From positions 21,260-85,259 of IMG/VR virus record IMGVR_UViG_3300033171_000001: 64,000 nucleotides of DNA. The stretch is one strand, 5' to 3'. Under the pieces are notes generated by a model. The model worked only from the letters and a program-made list of their open reading frames with translations, was not told the DNA's origin and ran no database searches. This DNA comes from a virus (Duplodnaviria; Caudoviricetes). Positions 18,382 to 26,858 of this stretch are shown here, one piece after another. The position numbers and the translations under genes were made by a program. The first letter of the stretch is position 1; each line of letters begins with the position of its first letter.

Positions 18382-18578
18382 GGGTATTTGATATTAGACC
18401 GATTGATGTAGAAATTACAACTATTTTTACATTAACAGAGATGCGGCACTTGCATTACATATTAAAAAGTGCTATAATTAGGGATGATTTTTATGAGGAT
18501 AAAGAAGCACTTACCACATATAAAGGGTTTCTGGAATTGATTGAAACGCTTATAAAAGAAACGGAAGACGGGCAATAA
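18366..18578 (+). CDS. Hypothetical protein
   Basis: ORF overlapping the upstream gene. Confidence 0.5.
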   Translation: MGDTMRVFDIRPIDVEITTIFTLTEMRHLHYILKSAIIRDDFYEDKEALTTYKGFLELIETLIKETEDGQ

Positions 18579-18579
18579 G

Positions 18580-19053
18580 ATGGCATTACCGGAGATCAGT
18601 AAAGAGAAAAACTTTAAAATTTCAATGCGTAAGTATTTATATACTAACGCTAATCTTTACTCTCCTCCCATCTCCCTTCTATTCGACACGGGGATGGAGG
18701 TTCCTATAAATGAGGACTCTCCATCCCCAAGTTGGATGACTATTAATTTTGGCACGTTTATTGTTGGAACATTAAATGAAGCAATGGTGGACATTTATTG
18801 TTGCGCTCGAAATGATACGTCAAGTGATGTGGTGAGTGATCTAAGGGATTTACTTGTAGAGTGGTTCACTGATAGTTCTCAATTTGACTCGGCAAGAAGA
18901 ATCCCAATCTATATAAATTTGAACACTGCTGAAGAAGAAATTGTTGGTTGGATGGTTGCGAGCATTGCTTATCAAAGCCCTTTAATGCTGGCAACTGATG
19001 GAACTAAATACAAGCTCGTTACAATACAACTAAAATGGAGCAGTCAATATTAG
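18580..19053 (+). CDS. Putative tail terminator/completion protein
   Basis: Directly upstream of the tail tube; typical size. Confidence 0.5.
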   Translation: MALPEISKEKNFKISMRKYLYTNANLYSPPISLLFDTGMEVPINEDSPSPSWMTINFGTFIVGTLNEAMVDIYCCARNDTSSDVVSDLRDLLVEWFTDSSQFDSARRIPIYINLNTAEEEIVGWMVASIAYQSPLMLATDGTKYKLVTIQLKWSSQY

Positions 19054-19077
19054 ACTGTTCTAGTTAAAGGAGGCATT

Positions 19078-19974
19078 ATGCCTGGACCACGTACAATCAA
19101 TCCACAGAGGCTCGCCTTGGGCCTTATGGAAGTTAGGGTCGGCGCAAGTGCGGCGAATATTGCCACCACTACTCCGGTTCTTACTACTGCTAATTCCCTT
19201 GGCGCACTCTCTTCCGCGTCTTACAATAACTCAAAAGAGTATTATCAGCATATGAGCGGCTTCCCGATGGTGGAGGACTTTACTACCCCTACACAGGAAA
19301 CCCAAACCATCACATGTGAATTTGATGAGATGACCCCCAAGAACCTCGCACTGCTTCAGGGCATCGACCCGACTGCTGCTGGAAGCTCTTGGGTTGGTGA
19401 AGGTTACACTGTTGTATCGTCTGCATCGGGAACCTACAACACCACTGATGATATTGACGGTGGTGCGGATGCTGAGTCTGATACCTATCGCGTTATCTTC
19501 CTAACCGCAACTACCTATTCCGTTTATTCTGACAAGCGCGGCAAACTCACTGGTGATCAGATTGGTGAAGGGGACACTACTGCGCTGTCTACTTTCACAG
19601 ACGGGACAACTGAATTAGTTGCAATCCCGGCTAACTTCTTTGCTGGCACATGGGCGGCTGATGATGTCTTTACGTTCTACATGGCTAAACAGGGGTACGA
19701 CTCGGCTACTGCCGGGGAGATTAAACTAGGTGAACTGAGTTCTCCTGATTATGTTCGTGTGGAAGGTTACTATGTATTCCCGAATGGTACGAACACGATG
19801 GTTATCATTTTCCCCCGTGCTCAGGTGCGTTCTGAGTCGGCTGAAATTGCGTTTGCTACAGATACCCACGCAACCATCAGCATCACCTTCAACTCTACCC
19901 CTGCGGACTCCTCTGTGACAGGCGGCAATGCTGCTTGGGATGGTCAGTCTCTTGGTAAGATCGTTCTTGCGTAG
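19078..19974 (+). CDS. Major tail (tube) protein
   Basis: Ala/Thr/Gly-rich, high-expression codons, followed by a hairpin and the chaperone/TMP genes. Confidence 0.75.
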   Translation: MPGPRTINPQRLALGLMEVRVGASAANIATTTPVLTTANSLGALSSASYNNSKEYYQHMSGFPMVEDFTTPTQETQTITCEFDEMTPKNLALLQGIDPTAAGSSWVGEGYTVVSSASGTYNTTDDIDGGADAESDTYRVIFLTATTYSVYSDKRGKLTGDQIGEGDTTALSTFTDGTTELVAIPANFFAGTWAADDVFTFYMAKQGYDSATAGEIKLGELSSPDYVRVEGYYVFPNGTNTMVIIFPRAQVRSESAEIAFATDTHATISITFNSTPADSSVTGGNAAWDGQSLGKIVLA

Positions 19975-19981
19975 TTAACTA

Positions 19982-20011
19982 AACAGGGGGATATATTTCA
20001 ATCCCCCTGTT
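19982..20011 (+). terminator. GC-rich hairpin without a U-tract after the tail tube gene
   Basis: AACAGGGGGAT / ATCCCCCTGTT 11-bp stem, 8-nt loop. Confidence 0.65.
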
Positions 20012-20043
20012 ATAAACAAAGAATATAGGAGAAGTATTTAAAA

Positions 20044-20412
20044 ATGTCGAATATAGATGTAGAAACCAGGGAACTTACGGTTGGTATTAAGACGCGGGAG
20101 AGCGTTAAAATTTACCCTTTATCCTTCGCTGCGCAAAAAGAATTTACTAAGCAGATAAGCGAGATGCTTGAAACTTTCGCAAAGAAGGAACAGGATGCCT
20201 CTACTATTGATATTGTAAAGATGATCTTTCAATTAATCGAAGATAATCTTATTAAGATTATGAAGTTGGTTGCGGATTACGATGTTGAACTAAATAATAT
20301 AGATAATAATCAGATTTCGGAATTATGTACTATTATTTTCGAAATGAACTACGAAACACCAGTAAAAAACGTACAAAGCCTCAAGAAAAGAATAAGCGAC
20401 CTCTGGACATAG
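20044..20412 (+). CDS. Tail assembly chaperone (gpG-like)
   Basis: Between tube and TMP; slippery site near the 3' end. Confidence 0.75.
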   Translation: MSNIDVETRELTVGIKTRESVKIYPLSFAAQKEFTKQISEMLETFAKKEQDASTIDIVKMIFQLIEDNLIKIMKLVADYDVELNNIDNNQISELCTIIFEMNYETPVKNVQSLKKRISDLWT

Positions 20413-20735
20413 ATGAGATCATTACTTCGATTCTTGCGGCCTATCCACAAATAACATTATCAAACATTCTCTACGACCCCGTTTACAAAGGCGGCATAAC
20501 GCCCGCACAATTAAACGTACTGTATGAGAAAGCGGCTATAAGGCAACATAACAACTACAGAATACTTGCCTCATTTCAAGGTGTCAAAATTCCTGCAATA
20601 GATGAGATGAAAAAGCCCGAAGATAAATATGCTGATTGGACCGATGAAGAGAAACAGGCTGAAACAGAACGGCAAATGAAACAGTTCGCTAAAGCCTTCG
20701 GACAGGGTAGTATTGAAATAATAAACAAGGATTAA
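20325..20735 (+). CDS. Tail assembly chaperone gpT-like frame (C-terminal part of the G-T fusion)
   Basis: -1 frame relative to 20044, overlapping it across the slippery site. Confidence 0.7.
   Translation: MYYYFRNELRNTSKKRTKPQEKNKRPLDIDEIITSILAAYPQITLSNILYDPVYKGGITPAQLNVLYEKAAIRQHNNYRILASFQGVKIPAIDEMKKPEDKYADWTDEEKQAETERQMKQFAKAFGQGSIEIINKD
20364..20370 (+). promoter_or_regulatory. Programmed -1 frameshift site A_AAA_AAC
   Basis: In-phase X_XXY_YYZ heptamer; the -1 frame stays open to 20735. Confidence 0.75.
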
Positions 20736-20754
20736 CCCCTCGATAGAATAAACG

Positions 20755-20804
20755 ACAAATAGCAAGCGATATATCCGACAAGCGGAGTGTCGCTTGCTAT
20801 TTGT
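20755..20804 (+). terminator. Long hairpin upstream of the tape measure gene
   Basis: ACAAATAGCAAGCGA / TCGCTTGCTATTTGT perfect 15-bp stem with an inner TCCG/CGGA stem. Confidence 0.65.
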
Positions 20805-20833
20805 TTAGTAAGATATAAAAGGAACGTATATTT

Positions 20834-23800
20834 ATGGCTAATCAATATAAGAATGAACTCGCGGTTACTTTCGCAGGTAAGGTTGACGCTTCTTTTAAGA
20901 AGGCTGTTAATGACGTTTCTTCTTCTTTAAAGGGGCTTGCCGGTTCGGGTGGAGGTGGCGGGGCCATTTCTAATGTAGATAAGCAGTCAAAAAGTGCTGC
21001 CAAATCTATGGGCATTTTTTCAGGGGCAACCAATTCAGTAGTGAGTGCTTTTAAAACCCTTGCTAGGTTTGCTGCTGCCGGGGCTATTTTTGGTGGTATA
21101 ACAAAAGCCATAACAAGTTCTGTATCTGCTGTTGTTGAGTACGATCAGGCATTAAAGAATTTACAAGCTATTACTAACTCTTCTAATTTCGAAGTAGAAG
21201 CGTTTGGCCGCAAGATGATAGAGGTATCTAACAATACCAAATTCAGTGCCAACGAAGTTGCTCAAGCAATGGTGTATTTAGGGCAGTCTGGTTTCGCCGC
21301 TAGAGAAGCCTTGGAATCAATTGATGCTATTGCGTCAGTTGCTACCGGTACACTAACAGATTTCGCTCTTACTGCTGATTTATTTACTTCTGCTATTCGG
21401 GCTTTCCAACTAGAGACTGCTGAATCTGCCAGAGTTGCGGATATATTTGCGTCTGCGGTTAATAAATCAAAATTGACTATTCAGGGTATGCGTACCATTT
21501 TTAACTATGTTGGTGCGTCTGCGGCTCAGGCGGGAGTTCAGTTAGAAGAAGTTGCAGCGGCGGCAGGACTACTCGCTAATAATGGTATGCGTTTTAGTAC
21601 GGTTGGTACATCCATGCGTAATGTTATTTCACGCATGATTGCCCCGTCTAAGAAAATGCGGACAGAGCTAGCCTATGCTGGATTGACTATAGATCAAATT
21701 AACCCGCGCATTGTTGGATTTCAGAAGGCAATGCAGAATCTCTCCAAAATACTGGTAGATCAGAAAACGGGTTTAGCCGATGCAGGAAAGGCGTATGAAT
21801 TATTTGGTTTGCGTGGGCAACAGGCGGCTAACGTGTTTGTTCGCACATTTACCTCTGGTGAATACGAACAAATGTTGGATAATATCACAGGAGTGGGCGA
21901 AGCATTTAGGCAGCAGTTGAAACAGCAGGAAGGTCTAGGGGTTAAACTCAAAAACTTAGGTGACAGATTTAAAAACTTAGGTGTTGCTATTGGAGAACTC
22001 GGACTAAAGGGAATAATTGAGGGACTCATTGATTCCCTGTCTAGTTTTGTTCTATGGTTAAGCAAAAGCGTAACATCTTTAACTAAATTTATTAATATAG
22101 CAAAAGCCGCAAAGGGAGATGTTGAAGCACGAACCTCATTAGTTTTAGCTGAAGCAGAGGCGTATAGAGAGGGTTCTGCGGCTCTTGAAAAATATATTCA
22201 GGTTTTAGCTAATATACAAAAATCTGGTGAGAAATCTTTTGATACTCAAAAAGAGATCAATCGTGTATTGGAATTATTACGTGAAAATTATCCAGAACTT
22301 ATTGGAAAAGTAAATGTATATGGACGAGATTTAGAAAAATTAATTCCTATATTACAGAAGTACAATGAAGAATTAAATCAATCAGACCCTAAAGCTATTA
22401 CTAAGGCGATGGCGACTAATAGGGCAGATATTAAAGAAACTGAAAAAGAAGTATCTAAATTAACCAAAAGATATAAGGAATTAACAAGTGGTCTATCCCT
22501 TGCACGAGCGGACTCTGCGAAGAGTTATTTACAAAAAGAACTTGCCGAAACGTCTAAACAATTAACTATTGCTACTGATAGATTAAAAAATCTCACGTAT
22601 GAGCAAAATACCTACATTGCCTCTCTTGCTAAAACGGGAGAGGGAATTACTGACTCCTGGGATATTATTGCGAAGGCTAACGCAAAGGCTATTGAGGAGT
22701 CTGAAAATGCTTTTAAAGCGTGGCGCGATTTATTAGATGATTTAGGTCCGCATTGGCAAGCGGCATGGAAGAAAGTGACCAAAACAGGAAGCGTGACCTT
22801 ACAGGAAGACTTTATACAGGCTGCTAAAGATGCGGCTGCGGCTGCCGAAGAGACGATTACAGCTTTATCTGAGACTCGTCTTTTATCTGCGGATGATAAA
22901 AGCAGTATTCGTTCTACAAAATTTAACGAAGCCTTGGCTAAGTTTTGGAAAGAACAAAACAAAGATGCAGAAAGAGAAAGAGAAAAAGCACAGAGAAGAG
23001 CTAAAGAACTTTTTCAAAAAAACATCAATGCAGAAAAGGCTACATTAGATAAGTCTCTAGCGAATGTTAGACAAACAGAAGCAGAAAAAGAGAAAGCCCT
23101 AACCGCAAGCAATGCCACCAAATTACAGCGTCTACGCGCCCAAGAAGATATAGATAATGCTGAATTTGAAGCCAGGAAGAAATCCGCAAAGAAGATGCTT
23201 GACCTTGCTATTGAATCTGCAAAGGAGCGAGGAGATGAGACGAAGGTAGTAGAAGCTAAATATAGGGCAGATCTAAATGCTCTAATTGTTGAAAATGATA
23301 CAAAGGCTATTGAACGGGAACGTGCTATATTTGAAGAACGTATGGCCAACCCCGAAGACTTTGCAGATGCTTGGGAAAGCGCAATGCGTTCCATTGAGAA
23401 ATCCACCAAGTCTTCTTTCTCCAAAGTAAGAGATTGGATTGTAAATTCTGTAGATGAGTTTGCGGATTCTTCTGCCGATGCTTTCCTTGATTTTGTTGAG
23501 GGGACTAAAAATGCAGGGGAGGCTTTCAGTGAGATGGCCTATTCCATTCTTCGTGACCTGACTAAGATGATTATTAAGCAGCAGATTCTCAATGCTGTTA
23601 TGTCAGGAATGGAGGCCATGTCCGGCATGGGTGGTTTTCTTGGTTCCGTAGGAAGTTTCTTCGCAGGCGCAATGGGGTCAAACCACAGCGGCGGCATGGC
23701 AGGAAAGGCTTCTTCAATCAAGAAGCAACTGGACCCTTCCGCTTTCATCAACGCCCCTCGATTCCACAATGGCGGCGAAGTTCCCGCAGTATTGGAAAAG

Positions 23801-24010
23801 GGGGAAGTGGTACAAACAAGGGAACAGGCGGCACAGTCCAGGGAACCTAGAAATGTCCGGGTGGTTATTGAGAACAAGACAGGAACACAGGTTGGAAACG
23901 CTACCGCAACTTCATCTATAAATATGGGTGAGGAAATAATCAGGATTGTTCTTGATGGCATCGATAGAAATAGAAGCGGCCTGAGAACTAAAGTAGCCTC
24001 TGTGCGTTAG
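20834..24010 (+). CDS. Tape measure protein (TP901-like core)
   Basis: 1058 aa, Ala-rich helical repeats, TKFSANEVAQAMVYLGQSGF, C-terminal NHSGG..RFHNGG.VPAVLEKGE. Confidence 0.9.
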   Translation: MANQYKNELAVTFAGKVDASFKKAVNDVSSSLKGLAGSGGGGGAISNVDKQSKSAAKSMGIFSGATNSVVSAFKTLARFAAAGAIFGGITKAITSSVSAVVEYDQALKNLQAITNSSNFEVEAFGRKMIEVSNNTKFSANEVAQAMVYLGQSGFAAREALESIDAIASVATGTLTDFALTADLFTSAIRAFQLETAESARVADIFASAVNKSKLTIQGMRTIFNYVGASAAQAGVQLEEVAAAAGLLANNGMRFSTVGTSMRNVISRMIAPSKKMRTELAYAGLTIDQINPRIVGFQKAMQNLSKILVDQKTGLADAGKAYELFGLRGQQAANVFVRTFTSGEYEQMLDNITGVGEAFRQQLKQQEGLGVKLKNLGDRFKNLGVAIGELGLKGIIEGLIDSLSSFVLWLSKSVTSLTKFINIAKAAKGDVEARTSLVLAEAEAYREGSAALEKYIQVLANIQKSGEKSFDTQKEINRVLELLRENYPELIGKVNVYGRDLEKLIPILQKYNEELNQSDPKAITKAMATNRADIKETEKEVSKLTKRYKELTSGLSLARADSAKSYLQKELAETSKQLTIATDRLKNLTYEQNTYIASLAKTGEGITDSWDIIAKANAKAIEESENAFKAWRDLLDDLGPHWQAAWKKVTKTGSVTLQEDFIQAAKDAAAAAEETITALSETRLLSADDKSSIRSTKFNEALAKFWKEQNKDAEREREKAQRRAKELFQKNINAEKATLDKSLANVRQTEAEKEKALTASNATKLQRLRAQEDIDNAEFEARKKSAKKMLDLAIESAKERGDETKVVEAKYRADLNALIVENDTKAIERERAIFEERMANPEDFADAWESAMRSIEKSTKSSFSKVRDWIVNSVDEFADSSADAFLDFVEGTKNAGEAFSEMAYSILRDLTKMIIKQQILNAVMSGMEAMSGMGGFLGSVGSFFAGAMGSNHSGGMAGKASSIKKQLDPSAFINAPRFHNGGEVPAVLEKGEVVQTREQAAQSREPRNVRVVIENKTGTQVGNATATSSINMGEEIIRIVLDGIDRNRSGLRTKVASVR

Positions 24011-24034
24011 CATATAAAGAATAAGGAACATACA

Positions 24035-24589
24035 ATGTCATTTAAATTGAAAGACGCCAACAACATCGCCATTGGCCCCGCAGAAATACTAATTGGAGAT
24101 AGTGCTTCCAATTTAGAATTTATAAATCCGGTTCTGAACCAAGATAACTACTTCGGTTATGCAGAGGTCACGAATATCGTTTATAGTACTCAATACAATA
24201 GCAGGACTTATGTTAATACTAATTATGATGCGGAAGACTATAAAGCAGATAGAACCTCCTGCACCATAGAGATGCAGACTGTTGAGTTGAGTAAGGATAT
24301 ATTGAAATTGTTGATAGGTATTGATCCAGCTAGTAATGGTAATATAATTCCAATACACAAGATAGCCGATGTTGACTTTAGACTGGAAATAACCTATAAT
24401 TATCCAAACAAAACAAGGAAATTACAATTGGTGTTTCCGAAGATTAGGATAAGAAGTGGATTGAATTTAAGCCTAACAGGGGATGCTGAAGTTAGTCAGT
24501 CATTATATATGTACGCGCTACCTGTTTATACCGAGCCGTGGGAAAATTACAACTTAGGTATAGTTTACTTAGATGGGTTTGGAGATTAA
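24035..24589 (+). CDS. Tail-tube paralogue (possible tube initiator)
   Basis: IAIGPAEILIGDSASNL and YNYPNKTRKLQLVFPKIRIRS align with LALGLMEVRVGASAANI and YVFPNGTNTMVIIFPRAQVRS of 19078-19974. Confidence 0.6.
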   Translation: MSFKLKDANNIAIGPAEILIGDSASNLEFINPVLNQDNYFGYAEVTNIVYSTQYNSRTYVNTNYDAEDYKADRTSCTIEMQTVELSKDILKLLIGIDPASNGNIIPIHKIADVDFRLEITYNYPNKTRKLQLVFPKIRIRSGLNLSLTGDAEVSQSLYMYALPVYTEPWENYNLGIVYLDGFGD

Positions 24590-24591
24590 AT

Positions 24592-25449
24592 ATGGCAAAG
24601 GCTAAAGGTATAATAAATGAGGAAGGCCGCACATGCACTAAGTGTGGTGAGTTTAAAGCATGGGATGAGTTTAGCAATGGGAAGCAAGGGATTAGGGGGA
24701 AGCGTAGTCAATGTAAAGGGTGTGATAAACAGTATACTAAGAAATACTATGAAGAAAATCATGATGCTAAAAAAGAATACAGTAAACAATACTATGAAGA
24801 AAATCGTGATGTTAAATTAGAAAAGAGAAAACAATATTATGAAGAAAATCGGGATATTGTAATAGAAAAGAGTAAACAATATTATGAAGAAAATCGTGAT
24901 ATTATAGTAGAAAAGAAAAAACAATATAATATTTCTCCTGCTAAATATGAAGTCTATACAGATAAATTAACACCTCTTGAATCTCCAAGAGAGTCTAAAG
25001 AAGGGTATTTAGAAGTAAAATGTGCCACGTGTAAGAAATACTTTATTCCAACTAATCAACAAGTACAGGATAGAATAAGATCATTAAATGGGAATGCAAC
25101 AGGAGAAAGGAGACTCTACTGTTCCGACTCTTGTAAAGAATCCTGTTCTGTATTCGGAAGACGTATATATCCAAAAGGCTTCAAAAAACCTAATAATAGA
25201 GAATATTCAATTGAATTTAGACAAATGATCCTTGAACGTGACAACTACACCTGTCAAGTCTGTAATAACCGATTCGATAAGAAACATCTACAGGCTCACC
25301 ATATAACACCTGTAGTATGCTCGCCAATGGAACAAGTAGACATTGATAATGGCATTTGTGTTTGTAAAGAGTGTCACGTTAATCTACACCTAACACAAGA
25401 GGGAATCACTTATTCTGAATTAGCTAAAGCTGGTAAGGAGAAGGATTAA
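24592..25449 (+). CDS. HNH endonuclease, copy 2 (4 x 15-aa repeats)
   Basis: Same architecture as copy 1 with high identity; repeats at 24745-24924. Confidence 0.9.
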   Translation: MAKAKGIINEEGRTCTKCGEFKAWDEFSNGKQGIRGKRSQCKGCDKQYTKKYYEENHDAKKEYSKQYYEENRDVKLEKRKQYYEENRDIVIEKSKQYYEENRDIIVEKKKQYNISPAKYEVYTDKLTPLESPRESKEGYLEVKCATCKKYFIPTNQQVQDRIRSLNGNATGERRLYCSDSCKESCSVFGRRIYPKGFKKPNNREYSIEFRQMILERDNYTCQVCNNRFDKKHLQAHHITPVVCSPMEQVDIDNGICVCKECHVNLHLTQEGITYSELAKAGKEKD

Positions 25450-25452
25450 TAT

Positions 25453-25782
25453 ATGAATACTTTCCCAAATATTACACCAACTACTATTACTGAATCCCTT
25501 GTGAAGGCACAAACACGGACACCGTTCTCAGACGGCTCCGTGCAATCGCGGGTTCGCCATACACGGGGCAGATCGAAGTGGCAATTGGATTTTACAACAC
25601 TAAATGTATCCGAAATAAATGAAATAAAGACATTCTTTTATGCTAATCAGGGGGACTTGTTCTACTGGACGCACCCCATGACATTAGTTCAATACGAAGC
25701 GAGATTTAGTGAGAATGAAATTCAAGTAGAATATCAGTCCCCGACTAATTGTTCAACCACCGTTCAAATAGAGGAATCATAA
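25453..25782 (+). CDS. Distal tail / lambda gpM-like protein
   Basis: 109 aa; FFYANQGDLFYWTHP resembles gpM; first gene of the M-L-K-J order. Confidence 0.65.
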   Translation: MNTFPNITPTTITESLVKAQTRTPFSDGSVQSRVRHTRGRSKWQLDFTTLNVSEINEIKTFFYANQGDLFYWTHPMTLVQYEARFSENEIQVEYQSPTNCSTTVQIEES

Positions 25783-25783
25783 A

Positions 25784-26425
25784 ATGCCTTCCAACGTTAT
25801 TTTATCTTCCGAGATCATCCAACAAAAGAACGATTTAGGCTCAACAGATTCGTTTCTCGTCCTCCTTGAGATTACCATTCCGGACGTAACCGAACCTATT
25901 AGAGTTGTTTCAAATACAGAAGATATAACTTGGAATGGTCATTCTTGGATTGCCTTCCCTTTCGAGATGGAAGAAATTTCTGAGCAGTCGCAAGGGGAAA
26001 TTCCTAGAGTTGAGTTAAGAATCCCCAATGTAGATAGAACCGTTGAAGGTTATCTACAGGAATATGATGCTTATGTCAAGAGAAATGGTCCTGCTGATAT
26101 AACTGTTGGGATATATGTGGTGTCTACTGCAACCCTAGATGACCCTACTCCGGTTGTTTACCATGAATACATTCTGGTTCAACCAACCTCTACTCACGAT
26201 TATATCACCTTCACTCTTGGTGCGCCTAATCCATATAGAAAGAGATTTCCTTTAAATAGAATATTGAAGAACAACTGTAGATATAAGTTCAAACAGGAAA
26301 GATGTGGATATACGGGAACGGCAACTTCTTGTAACAAAACTCTAGTTAGATGTAGGGAACTAAACAACTCTACTCGATATGGCGGGTTCCCCGGTGTTGG
26401 TCGAGGAGGGTTATCCCTTGTATAA
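25784..26425 (+). CDS. Lambda gpL-like tail tip protein
   Basis: WIAFPFE, and a C-terminal 4-Cys cluster (C..CGY..C..C..RYGGFPG). Confidence 0.8.
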   Translation: MPSNVILSSEIIQQKNDLGSTDSFLVLLEITIPDVTEPIRVVSNTEDITWNGHSWIAFPFEMEEISEQSQGEIPRVELRIPNVDRTVEGYLQEYDAYVKRNGPADITVGIYVVSTATLDDPTPVVYHEYILVQPTSTHDYITFTLGAPNPYRKRFPLNRILKNNCRYKFKQERCGYTGTATSCNKTLVRCRELNNSTRYGGFPGVGRGGLSLV

Positions 26426-26858
26426 AGGTAAACACAAACTCGTTGAATACGTGTCCAAAGCGATGAGAACTCCTTTTGTTGATAGAGGAAGGGAATTGGG
26501 AAAGGGTTTTGATTGTTGGGGGCTTGTCCATTCAATTTCTAATGAAGTGTTTGGAAATGCTATACCTGATTTCACAATTGGTTCTGAAGATAAGAATAGA
26601 ATATATATGCAGTTTCTTGAACGGACCAAAGAAGAGTTTTACAGAATAGAAGAGTCCCGAATAAGAGAGGGAGATTTGGTTGCGATAAACATGATACTCT
26701 CTGCCCCGAATTTAGTACAACACTTTGGTATATTTATAAACAAGAACACATTCATTCACACCCTTAAAAAAGCCGGACCTCAACTAACAAAGATAACTGA
26801 CATTTCCTACAAAAATAGAATAAGGGGATACTACAGGTGGAACGGAAACAAAATCTAG
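26418..26858 (+). CDS. NlpC/P60 tail tip peptidase (gpK-like)
   Basis: GFDCWGLV and QHFGIF..FIH; TTG start after GAGGAGG. Confidence 0.8.
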   Translation: MYKGKHKLVEYVSKAMRTPFVDRGRELGKGFDCWGLVHSISNEVFGNAIPDFTIGSEDKNRIYMQFLERTKEEFYRIEESRIREGDLVAINMILSAPNLVQHFGIFINKNTFIHTLKKAGPQLTKITDISYKNRIRGYYRWNGNKI

